From Bugula neritina (lineage: Eukaryota; Animalia; Bryozoa): a DNA stretch of 64,000 nt. Numbering within the stretch: the first letter of the stretch is position 1; every line of letters begins with the position of its first letter. The position numbers and the translations under genes are program-made. The notes under the pieces were generated by a model, which saw only the letters and a program-made list of their open reading frames with translations, had not been told where the DNA came from and ran no database searches. The stretch spans positions 15,490,642 through 15,554,641 of the forward strand of contig OZ037770.1 in assembly GCA_964035545.1 (NCBI GenBank), given 5' to 3'. Positions 37,958 to 51,200 of the stretch are shown one piece after another.

Positions 37958-38654
37958 GTTATATGTTGTTATCCAGCAGATGAAGTAGAGATGAATAATA
38001 TTTAAACTGCTGTGTCAGGATGTTGTAAGTATATAGACAGGATAAGATGCTGGTACATCGAGGTAATTCTGAATATAATGAATGTAACAACTCTTTAGAC
38101 TAACAGTATCTCTCATTAGCGGAATCTATATGTGCAACCGGACTCAGTTTATTTATTTTGTAACGTCTATTTTCTAGGCAACTGATATGCAATGAAGTGA
38201 AGAAGTACTAATCAATATAATATTATAACAATATATTTTTGTATTGATGTAGCAATACATTTAATATTGTTGTACATGTCATATAGCACATGTACCATAT
38301 TAATATAATAATATCATTCAATATATTCTACTAATAAAAATAGGCAATGAATCTACATCAACAAGTAAGTTGTTTATGTTTGACTCAATAATTAAATTAG
38401 AAAAATTACAATTTGAATCACAACCTAATTCTAGCAGAAATCTAGCAAAAAATATGTAATTAAAATAAATGTTAAGTGTTTGTGACATGAAAAGAATAAC
38501 GCGCAATTACATAAGTAATTTGTATCTTTATACTATAAAAATATTATTTTATTACATTACATTACCGGAACTGATTTACAATTTGCCAGCGTTTACTGTT
38601 TCCTTCTAAACTGTTTATATACTGTTCTGTGCTGCCCAGATTGGTCTCTATTGT

Positions 38655-41566
38655 TCAAGATTGTTCTAGATCCTTAATTTTAGTTTTGCTTTTCCTTCTT
38701 TTGTAGACAAACTTTCCACAAGTGCCAAACAGCCCCACAAAGAGTTCGAATATCTCCAGAAAAGATATCACAGACATTCCTATCCACAATCCAAGATGGC
38801 CGCCAATACTGCCAACCAAATCCTCAAACTAAAACAGACTACCCCAATGTTAAATAATAAAACTCAAAGTTAGCATTGTAACATGTATTTTTTATGCAAA
38901 TAGGAAATAAATTGAAATGTATTTTTCTTTAGCATATTTAAGTCGGTAACTAATTTTAGTTTTAGTTTCCAACAAAATACAAAAAGAACACTTATTCAGC
39001 TACTTACCTTCATGCTGGCTCTTTCTGTGAACACCGTGTATTTCAGACTCTCAAAATACACCTCAATGCTGACAAACTCATTCTTCAGGCTAAGAAACAC
39101 AATATAATTGTTTTAAATTTCATTTACCACATACTAGTTAGAGGATCAGATGACTCAATCAAATTAATTTTACCAATTGAATGATTTAATGGAAGTTATG
39201 AAAATTTTACTTTTAAAAACTTTTAGACAGTTTTAGAGATGTTTGTATTCAAAACTACACATTATGCAGATTTTAGAAGTAAAAAATAGCAAAAGTATTA
39301 ATTCTTTTAATTTTAGAGCATATTTAACTCAAAAATTTTAAATATTTCCAATCAACCCTGTTATACTTACTCTGATACATTTTGTAGTGTTGGTAACCTC
39401 TCTTTCATATAAGGAGTCAAGGTCGCCTGAAATAGTCATGTGACTGTCATGTGACTGATTAACTTATTTTGTTGCAACTATAAATGTAACACAACACACA
39501 GATTTAATTGTTGAGCTTGGCTCACATACTTGAACTCACCTCGTACTTGGCAGCTGGCCAATCACTAAATGACAAGCTGGTGGAATACTCGAGCTCCTTG
39601 CAGGGTAGAGGGCAGGAGCAGTTAACTCTGTACACAATATCATATTGTACTGTCATGGCACAATATCCTGTTTGTATGAAATGCTTAATAGTATCACCAT
39701 TAGTACAACAACTCTTACCATACACTGCTTAACCTCAGTTATTCATAAATTAGCTGAATAAGCAGACATTATTATTGACTATCAGTTCAACAGATAGTTT
39801 TAATCAGAGCAGAATAGCAAATGGCTGTAGCACAACTCTGGTACTAAGGTGCTAATACTCGCACATTACTTGAGGGATGCATTGCCTAAGGTCTAAATAC
39901 TCGCACATTACTTGAGGGATGCATTGCCTAAGGTCTAAATACTCGCACATTACTTGAGGGATGCATTGCCTAAGGTCTAAATACTTGCACATTACTTGAG
40001 GGATGCATTGCCTAAGGTCTAAATACTCGCACATTACTTGAGGGATGCATTGCCTAAGGTCTAAATACTCGCACATTACTTGAGGGATGCATTGTCTAAG
40101 GTCTAAATACTCGCACATTACATTAGGGATGCATTGCCTAAGGTCTAAATACTCGCACATTACTTGAGGGATGCATTGCCTAAGGTCTAAATACTCGCAC
40201 ATTACTTGAGGGATGCATTGCCTAAGGTCTAAATACTCGCACATTACTTGAGGGATGCATTGCCTAAGGTCTAAATACTCGCACATTACATTAGGGATGC
40301 ATTGCCTAAGGTCTAAATACTCGCACATTACTTGAGGGATGCATTGCCTAAGGTCTAAATACTCGCACATTACATTAGGGATGCGTTGCATACCCTCCCA
40401 ATTGTTTCTACACGCTCTGTATCCAGGAACTTGGGTGAGCATGGCACTTGAACATCCACAGCTTTGATAGATCAGCTCCTGTACACACATGTCGTAGCAC
40501 CCCTAGATTAAGAGAACACAACTTAACATCTTAGTATGGTATATTACCTGCAGAGTGTAGTCTCATAGTAACAAGTACTACCTGCAGTGTGTATAGTTTC
40601 ATAGTAATAAATATTACCTGCAGAGTGTATAGTTTCATAGTAACAAGTACTACCTGCAATGTGTATAGCCCAGGAATAGCAAAGTCTGGATTCTCAGGAG
40701 TATAATCTTCTTCATTAGTACAGTTACTGTAATGTTCACCCTGCAGTCTGTTCACTTCAGACTATTGTAAGTGCAGCACATACAATGAAGAGATATTAAT
40801 TTACTATATAAATACAATACATATGGCTGTAACTTCCAATAAGTGTCTATCAATAGATATGAATGTTTCCAGAGCTGAATTTAACATCATCAAATAGAAT
40901 CACAATCTATAGACGTACATAACTGAGAGCTACAGAGCTCCTTAGTCCTGGAGGTACGTTAAATCCTTTGTCCATATTAGGAAGTTCACCTTGTCTGTGT
41001 ACGAGAACCCTAATACCTGCCTGGTTACCTAGACCAGGTATGTACTGATTCTGGTTCACAAACAGAGTCATAAACAAACCTGAAATTACATTGTAAACAA
41101 CTGTTTAACCAGTATACAAGTTTGATATTTGTACTATTAGTGACTTGATAATTGACTGCAACCTGGTAGGTTAATTCAGTTCTGTAACGTATAAACAAAA
41201 CTTATTCACAGAAATAGCTTGCTCAAAGCGGACGAATTGCCGTGTTTGTTGTTCCCATTAGCTACTCACCATGTTTGTTAAGCACTGATTGAATACTTAC
41301 CATGTCAACTGCGTGCTGATTGGCTACTTACCATGTCAACTGTGCGCTGATTGGCTACTCACCATGTCAACTGCATGCTGATTGGCTACTCACCATGTTG
41401 TCGACCTGCAACTCGTGCCTTAGCATAGCTGTTGTTCAGTCCACTGTTGAAAGTAAAACAGTTGCCATATTTCCTGTCGTAGAACCGGTAGAAGTCACTG
41501 TACAAATAACATAGAGATGACAACAAATTATCTATTGCAGTTTACTCAAAACACACACACGCACGT

Positions 41567-41622
<56 letters not shown>

Positions 41623-44600
41623 ACGCACACGCACACATGAACACACACACGCACACGCACACATGAACACACACACGCACACGCACACATGAACACACCC
41701 ACACACAAGCTTATGAACAGCTTAGATAGACATGCCACTGTTGGTGATTACTATGATCTTAAGCTATGCATCACTCTACTTATATCATGTAGAAACAATG
41801 CATCTCTAGTTTCTGCTGGTATTCTATCTGAAAGCATTTGGAGAGTAAGTTAGGGAAGTGAAGCACCTGGGATTACAAACTCTGTTGTTGAACATGCAGC
41901 CTTGCATCATCTCTGTCAGCTTGTATGCAGCATCTGTAAAGAATAAACTTTTATTTAATTTCACTACACAAAATAAACAAAACTTTTGGTGAAATTTTAT
42001 TGCCATCAATCCTAGGCAAATGACAAAATTTCCAGCTTAAAGCAATTTTCAAAATAATAAATATTTTAAGATTTAGCCACAAAAATTCTTTGAATTACAG
42101 CACAAGATTACAAGTGCTCTCCATGTACTGCTTTGAAATTGCTTTTTTTATAAATAAAGCAGGAAGACTTCAAAATGTGTAGGTTTCTATGAGTTGAGGT
42201 AATAAACTGTTTCACAGGCATTTACTATTATAGGCCTAGCAGATATTAGGTGTTGTGCTCTAGCGTGCTAGGTTGTTCATGTGCATAATTACCTCTACGC
42301 ATATGTCACTGCATACTAATATCAAGTAGAAGTCATTGCAACCACTTCACTCAGCAGTACTGCATAGTACTTATATGCGGTGCAGTTGGATAGTTTGTAT
42401 AGCTCACTTATAATTCAAAATTGTTCTTTAAAAAGTTTGGAAATGTTTTTAGAATCTGGAACTTGAAAAATCTAGATTTTGCTTTATATCCGGTTTCATT
42501 TATACGATTAACTTACTCTTTAAGGCCTCTTCACCAATGTTCGGTATTAATGCCAGAAAATTCATAGAAGCCAATTCAAAGTAGGCATTGTTTTTATGCA
42601 TCTTCCAGTACCTCTTTTCTTCAACTGACAATTCCGGCTGATCATAAAGCCTTCTCTAAATTTAATTTAAAACACAAAATAAAATGAATGCAATGCCCGT
42701 TGAAATTTAAAGCTAAAATATAGAAAAATGAAACATGAATAAACAAAAATCTAAAAACAGAAACTACCAACCTAATACAAGCTTAAGGAGCCAATAAATA
42801 TCAATGCTATGTCACTGGAAATGTTAGATATTGAAACATATAGCTGAGAAGCAAAAGCAATGCATGTAATAATATCATAACGGGTGGTGTACCAGACGCT
42901 CAATAGCCTCAACTTTCTTTTCTGAACCAGTACCCAGAAGGCTGGAGACTTCTCCGGTAAAAAACGGGTCTGGAGCTTTGGTTGTTTCGAATGACTGAGT
43001 GGTTGTCTCTATTGAGTAGAAATAGTATATAGAGTAGAAATAGTTTAGAGAATAGAAATAGTAGAGAGAGTAGAAATAGTATAGAAAGTAGAAATAGTAT
43101 AGAGAATAGAAATAGTATAGAGAATAGAAATAGTATATAGAGTAGAAATAGTTTAGAGAATAGAAATAGTATAGAGAATAGAAATAGTATATAGAGTAGA
43201 AATAGTTTAGAGAATAGAAATAGTATAGAGAATAGAAATAGTATAGAGTGTAGAAATAGAATATAGAGAATAGAAATAGTATAAAGAGTAGAAATAGTAT
43301 GGAGAATAGAAATAGTATAGAGAATAGAGATAGTATAGAGAGTAGAAATATTATAGAGAGTAGAAATAGTATAGAGTGTAGAAATAGTATAGAGAATAGA
43401 AATAGTATAGAAAGTAGAAATAGTATAGAGAATAGAAATAGTATAGAGAATAGAAATAGTATAGAGAATAGAAATAGTATAGAGTGTAGAAATAGTATAT
43501 AGAGAGTAGAAATAGTATAGAGAATAGAAATAGTATAGAGAGTAGAAATATTATAGAGAATAGAATAAGTATAGAGAGTAGAAATAGTATAGAGAGTAGA
43601 AATAGTATAGAGAATAGAAATAGTATAGAGAGAGGTTTCGGGCCAATTGCAAGCGGGCAACAGTCACATTGGCATAGCATAAATGAGTTATTTTGAGTAA
43701 TATTGATGGCTGTTTTTTTCACAGCATAAAATCAAAAACAGATTGAAGCAGCTGCATAGGCATAAGTATTTCACAATCACAAGCTAAGGAGTATGTGGAC
43801 ACATCTGGTAAACTTACAGGGAGTGTGTGAAAACGTCTCGTAACCTTATAGAAACATAGCCTACAACCTACCATTATTATAGCCAGTATTCTCATCCACA
43901 CTATAATGCAGTTGAGAGCTCAGGGCTACAATGTACTCCTGAATGATTTCATCAATCTTGTCAATTTGGAATGGGTTCAGATTACAAAAAGTAACCGCCG
44001 GAAAGTCTATGGCATTGAATTTTATCTAAAAGAACAGAATTGTGTAAAAATTCAAAATTCCCGAAATTGGGCAAAACGGGTAGCTGCCAGCAAGTTTCAA
44101 CAGCCGTAGGAACATGTTTTTGGTTTTTTTTTTCTATTTCTGTTAAAACTCTTAATGGTGAGAAAAATGTTAAGTGGACTAAAGACTCTGACTTCACTGT
44201 TCTGACAATAATGTTAATGTTAATGTGGTTTGAGGTCCTTTACTGCATCACAGAAACAGTTATTTTTGAATACTCTCCCTGACACTACCAATCACTCTGG
44301 CATTAAGGTTATGCTTTTGATATACAATGCGTGGAACCCAGTCAAACTTGACTAGTTCAAGTGAAGAGGCAATGTGGAACCATGAAAACTTAGATATAAA
44401 AAGTTACTGCCATATAAATTTTTAATAAGTTTTAAATTGAAAACCATTAGTGTTAACAGGCAGAAATTGTAAAAAAAGGCACAACTGTTTAAACTTTTAT
44501 ATTGTTTCTCACCTGTACATCAGTTGTGGTTTCATGCTTCCTGTATTGTATTATCAACTCATAACTGAAGTATCCGAATACACAAACACCTGTGAGAAAT

Positions 44601-45362
44601 AGAATTACCCAGAACAACTTTCCAGCCACAAATCTGTGTCCCGCAATCTGCAAATTTGATTTTACACTCACCTCAAACACTAATTTTTTACAAAGTTTTA
44701 AATTTATAAAATGGAATTATAGCATGTTACTTATTGGTTGATCCTTGCAGAAGACACCAAAGCAGAAAAATCTACAAACAAGCTTTGATAACAAAATAAT
44801 AAAGTTTTGTATGGCGGAAGGAAAATAATTGAGTTACAAGAAGCAATTTAATCCTCGAGATAAATATGGAAATGCAATGAAACTTTATAAACATTCTTTT
44901 TTTCATTCAACAATAAAATCAGATTTTGGTAAACTGATAACAGATACGAATTCTATCTTGAATATTAGGAATAGGTTGGCAGTATATAGACTACAGTCAC
45001 TACACAATGCACTATAATATGACAGCAGTTTTTTGACCTATGAGTCGCTTGTTAATGTATAGGAATGTTTGGTTTTTTAGAAAGCACATTATTTTTAGAG
45101 TGTTTGCTGCTTGCTGCTTTAGATATTGACATTAAAATGTGTAGCTGAAGTGACTACCCATGCCTTGGGTACTCTGCTTACACTGTGGGTGGTCGACTCA
45201 TACCTTGGGTGGTCCATGAGCGCTAGTAGACGCTGAGAATTCTTTGATCACTGTGCTCAAACTCTTCTTCAACTCTGGCCGCTGTGTATTTTTATTTCTC
45301 TTTTCTCCTCCTTGTCCTTCATCGTGTATCTGTACCTGTGTATCTGTTTGCTTAGTCTCCAT
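38655..45362 (-). CDS. DEG/ENaC channel subunit, paralog 3
   Basis: Exon 1 45362-45204 (METKQ...STSAHGPPK), TM1 exon about 44512-44647, downstream exons homologous to paralog 2, stop at 38655. Confidence 0.93.
39855..40390. repeat. 42-bp minisatellite, about 13 units
   Basis: TACTCGCACATTACTTGAGGGATGCATTGCCTAAGGTCTAAA units starting just after a donor of paralog 3. Confidence 0.95.
41550..41710. repeat. (CA)n/(CACG) microsatellite
   Basis: Direct reading. Confidence 0.95.
43012..43632. repeat. ~18-bp AGAGAATAGAAATAGTAT satellite abutting a splice acceptor
   Basis: Same intron position as 35686-35955, longer array. Confidence 0.9.
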
Positions 45363-48236
45363 CTCTTGTAATCACCCTCTTGACAATGTTCTGAGGCTGT
45401 TTAACTTACTCCGCTGGTGGAATCTACAGTTACTCATGTTAAATGGGGTTCACATGCAGTTATACATAACAATACGATGCGTGTCCAGCTGAATTCCGCA
45501 GGTAGGTGACATTATTAGCTAGACATGTCACCTGAATGCTATGTGGGTGGGGAGAGATATGTCTAGTATCCTAGACTCATCGGTGCAGAAAACGAGTCCG
45601 GGGTCAGTATAATTCTATAAATTGCCTTTGCCAGTGTATTTGTTAAATTGATAATACCAAAGTTTTCAAACAAATGGCTAATGCAGGCGTACAGAGCAGT
45701 GTTGTGCTAAGCTCTCAACCTGAGAGGAGAAGCAAATTAAGATGATGCAGAAATAAGTGCTTTAGTTTTTTTACTTTTTTTACTATTTGCGATACATTAT
45801 ACTTGATGGACCGACAATTTTTTGCTTATTTGGCATTGATGTTTGGAAAAAATGTGGCAGTTTATAATATTACTTTATGCAGTATATAGCTGACAGCTAG
45901 GGACATACTTAATTCAGAATCTCAAAATGGGCACATGATAACAATAATTTAAGTAATTATGATTGTTTTGAATAAAAACTCCACTGTCACATCTGTTTTT
46001 TAATAGACAGTCTATTCATGTATAAAAATAATTTAGCAGTACTTTTGTAAATAATTCGACATTTAGCAACTGAAATAACAAAATAAGCAATGATGCACTT
46101 TTCTTGGTGCAGTCTGTGGCACTAGTGCTATGCTGCATTATTATTGGTAATATAGGTAGGTGCTGGAAATCAGTGTCCCACTAGGTTCACACACTTGAAC
46201 AGATTGAATGTGAATGTACAAAGCATTAGTTACATTTTAGAAACACAAAGTTGAGTTCGAAGAGATATGCTTAATTTTCTAACTTGACTCTTGCATAACT
46301 TGTAATTATGTCTGAACTGAAGTACATTTTGCAATGTTTAAATTTTTACAAAGTTTGGAAACAATGCTTTCTATTACTTTTTGCGCTTTAAAATAGGTAA
46401 TTTTTTTGTATGTAAATTTTCAATGTCGATTTTCTACATTTAGAAATATGTGATTCAAATAGCAAATATTTTTATTTATCTTAACAAATCTTACTTCCTG
46501 TAACTATGAGGAAGCAATGAATCAATAATATAATAACTAGAATTTGAAATTTTAAACCTTGTAAATAATGCAAAGAAACCGATGAACCCGAGGTGACGTT
46601 TCATAAGCAGAAGGTGATTGTATACTCAATATTTGAGAACCAAGACTTATAATGATAAAAAGAAGTTTGATAGGGATTTAAGTTGGAGTGGGGAAAACAA
46701 CAAGTAATGGCAATTTTGTTTTATGAGTTTCACATATTCACATGTGATTTCTTGTTAAATACAGATTGAATTGACATGTGCATATAAAGGTGTTTTTATC
46801 ACAATGAGTTGAAGTATTTCCATTTGCTGCTTTGGGTCTGCTTCAAACTTTTCAAGGATGGGTTTAATCAAATTGAGTACCTATAAGTACTTTTTCAGCT
46901 CTTATCTATTTTAGAACATTGATTTACGGAGTTGCCGTTGAAGGGAAAGTGCAAACTCAGATGTTATTGTAGTCTCAGTTCTCTCATATGCTTGATATAT
47001 GGGTGGTGTGTGCTTTGTTTACTGAAGCTAAACTGTGACAAATAGATAGTCTTAACAAAGGTGGTATCAGAATACAAATATAAGTGCTATAAATTCATGA
47101 CTTTCCGATGTGCTAAAACTATTATCTACAGTAAGTACAGTCATGATACAACTTCTGCTACTTCTAACTACCTCAATGCTAACTTTGTGCAAGCCGTGCT
47201 TTTAGAATTCCTATTAATTCCACATTAATTTATTGAGCTAAAAGTCTAACTAAACCGAATTTTAGTATATCTCGTACTCGTTATTGATGTTGCCGGTCAA
47301 ACTTTCCATGTTGGGCCGATATGTAACTCAATAGCTGAGGTGTTTACACCAGCAGCTTATGAGGGCAACAGATAGCTTAAGTTTCTTATCATTAGTAGAG
47401 AGGTTTGATTGTTAGAATCATGTTTAGCAGGCTGTTATAAATATTTTTGTAACTTGAATTTGCTGAAATCAAAATGTTGGCAGAACTTGGCCAGTGAAAT
47501 AAGAAGAGTTGAAAGACATGTGGTTGGATTGTATAAAGAATTTATTTGACATGATACAACCAGACAAATTCACCACCTGCTATCTATAAATATAAAAGTA
47601 AATAAGTACGTAACTACATAACCATATTAGTTAGGATGGGTGCCGCTACCCCCCCCCACATGCATAAAAATAATATGACTTGCAAGCACCTTTTTTGTTA
47701 AAGTTATTTATAGCTAAAACTCTGACCAACATACTTCCCTACAAAATATAGACACTTCAACTATTAATACTGATTTTAAAAATAATTTACATCTTAGCTG
47801 AATTCTCAAGCTGGAAAGTAATAAACAGAAATAAATCACAGACGAGATTGTAGTAGACAGGAATATAATATTAGTATTACATAACAAACCCCCCTCCCAC
47901 CACAAGGATCAGCTTTACAGTTTATTACAAAGTAAAACTAATAATTTAAAAACCCACAAAACAATCACAGTAACTTGTAACCACACAGTAACAGTTCTAC
48001 CATATCGTTAAGATACATGATTACACAGTAATAGTTCTATAAAATCACGGAGACATGTGACTAAACACTACCAGTTTTACCATATCGCTGAATTAAGTGA
48101 CTACACAGTAGCAGTTCTACCATACTGCTAAGACATGTGACTACACAGTAACAGCTAGATGCATGTGGCACAGCAATACTGATGCTATAACTGAAAATAG
48201 AGATTAGAGGAACGTGAATATCCACACCGAAGAACA

Positions 48237-51200
48237 TCACAGCACGGGCTCAATGATGTCGTTGTCCAGTACCGAATTAGCTTCCTTAAGATGATCACAT
48301 GACTGAGCTCTTCGATGATTGGCTGAAATTCTAGAGAAAAATGGCTGAAGGTCTCGCAGGGAAGAGATGGTCTGTTGCTGCAGTAAGAGAGCTGCATTCT
48401 GATTGGCTGGAAATCTGTGGTTTCCAAACTACAAGTAAACATGAAAGAATAACCTCAGTTCCTCTGTGTTGAATGCAGCACTAGGATAATATATCAAATA
48501 TACAGAGAAGATGATAATGTAGTGTACAGATGGTAGAGATAGACAAACTGCGTAAACAACTTTACCTTAAATGACATTCGCTGGCAGATGTTAGGCACAT
48601 GAGCAGAAAATTTAACAAGAGTCTCTCCATTGGCTACAGAAACCTCATCATTGACAGTAGGCTCTTTCTTATTGGCTGGTCGAGTTTGGTGATGGCCATT
48701 GATTGGTCGAGCAAATTCCAGGTTGGTATCGTCCACGCCACAGAACATCCAAACATAACTACAAGAGAAGGTATAGAGGTAACTATAAGAGAAGGTATAG
48801 AGGTAACTATAAGAGAAGGTATAGAGGTAACTAGAAGAGAAGGTATACAGGTAACTAGAAGAGAAGGTAACTACAAGAGAAGGTATAGAGGTAACTAGAA
48901 GAGAAGGTATAGAGGTAACTAGAAGAGAAGGTATAGAGGTAACTAGAAGAGAAGGTATACAGGTAACTATAAGAGAAGGTATAGAGGTAAATGTAATATA
49001 AATTCATAAAAGATAACACAGCAATTCATATCTATTATGAAACTCACTGCTGAAAGTCTGGCACCAGGTGAGCTGGCAGGAAGGTGACGAGGTCAAGGAG
49101 CTTACAGGCAGCGAGGTAGAGGGTGAGCCAGGAGGCAGACTGGTGGACGTTGACGTCAGTCGGGTGAGAGAATGAGTCTAATTCGCTGACTCGGCTCAAC
49201 TGTAGTCTAGAATATACAGTAATACGGTATAGAGTATACAGTAATACGGTATAGAATATACAGTAATACGGTATAGAATATACAGTAATACGGTATAGAA
49301 TATACAGTAATACGGTATAGAATATACAGTAATACGGTATAGAATATACAGTAATACGGTATAGAATATACAGTAATATGGTATAGAATATACAGTAATA
49401 TGGTATAGAATATACAGTAATGACATAATTATATTGTAGAGAAGTACAGTATTGTGGTGGATGTATGTAGTAATACTGTCAGGGGGTACAGTCTAGTGGT
49501 GGATGTATGTAGTCATACTGTGAGGGGGTACAGTCTAGTGGTGGATGTATGTAGTAATACTGTGAGGGGTACAGTCTAGTGGTGGATGTATTTAGTCATA
49601 CAGTCAGGGGGTACAGTCTAGTGGTGGATGTATGTAGTCATACTGTCAGGGGGGTACACAGTCCAGTGGTGGATGTATGTAGTCATACTGTCAGGGGGTA
49701 CATTCTAGTGGTGGATACTCACTCATCATCATCAGATAACACCAGCTCATCTTCTATGTACACCATCACGTTCACCTGAAAGCAACAGAATATACTAGTC
49801 AGTAACAGGCAGTACATTATTCAGTGTGAGGTTACAAAGAGTACGGTAAGCTATACGTGTATTGTCACTCTGGTCTTTCAGTTAGATGTGAAATAAACTC
49901 AACCTTGACCCAGCAGTGTATAATCAGCTCTGAGAACACAACTCCAATAACATAGTATTACAGCTGAAGCTAACTGCTGCAGGTAGATTAAACTAGTCTG
50001 TTGGAGCAGAGCAACTCACCAGCTCGGTGACGATGGTGGGCCAGAGAGAGGTGAGGGCACTCGGGGACATCCTGAGGAGCAGAACCCGGAAGCAGAGGAA
50101 GACTTGAGTCAGCACGGCGGGTGACTGGTTGAGTCTCAAGTTCTCCGCAAGTCTCTCTACAACAGCAGTCAAGTCTCTACTCAAGTACTCAAGTCTCTAC
50201 TCAAGTACTTAAGTCTCTACTCAAAACTCTCTTCTCAATTGTCAAGTCATTTACCCTGTGTATCTCTACAGGAGTCACTTACCCTGTATATCTCTACTCA
50301 AGTACTCAAGTCACTTACCCTGTATATCTCTACTCAAGTACTCAAGTCACTTACCCTGTATATCTCTACACGAGTACTCAAGTCACTTACCCTGTATATC
50401 TGGCATGTAGTTTTTATAGTAGTCCAGATCCCCACAATAAATAAGGAAAGACAACTTCTTCAGATTGTGAGCTCTCTGCACAAACTCCAAGTCTTTGTTA
50501 CCAAACAGCTGCATGGCTGCGTTCCCCGCCAGCATGAACTTGGCTACAAAGGAAGTGAGAGATTCGTGTCATATTGCGTGCTTCATAAATACTGCAGAGC
50601 AAAGCATTAAAATATTCTTAATTATTTCAGTTGGTCACATTGTCCTTCAACCTATTAATGGTCCTTATTTGAATATAGCCTGAGTATATGCCTCAGATAG
50701 TCCTGGTTATGGCAGAGTACAACAGTAACTAAATACTTCCATTAGTGTACTATCAGTTAACCAAAGAAAACTGCTGCACATCCAAGACAGTGGGAAATTC
50801 CAAGACAAGAGGAAATTCCAAGACAGTGGGGAATTCCAAGACAAGGGGAATTCCAATCCGGGAAATTCCAAAGTGGAGGTTTTGGTTGTCTCCCCGCTGG
50901 ACAAAGAACAGAGAGCCAACATAACAGCTCACTTCTGCTCTCACAGTGAGTGATAAAGCAGAGGGTTGTAGTGCACAGCCTACCCAGGAGGTCTTTCAGC
51001 ATGGCCTTCTCATGAGTCACCAGGTTGTCTGTGAGAACCTTCCAGAACTGCAGAGACTGAGTATCCATCTTAAAGAAGTCAGCAGAGAGTAAGATGTCAT
51101 ACACGTCCCGTCTCCATGTGCGTCTCGTGTACTGGTAGGAACTGATGCTAGCTAGTAACTTAGAGCTTGACTGGAAGCAGGACATGTTTAGTAAGCTGAA

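Noticed and set aside
30962-45362. Paralogs 2 and 3 as a haplotype assembly artefact
   Set aside because: They have different first exons and promoters and substantial exon and intron divergence.
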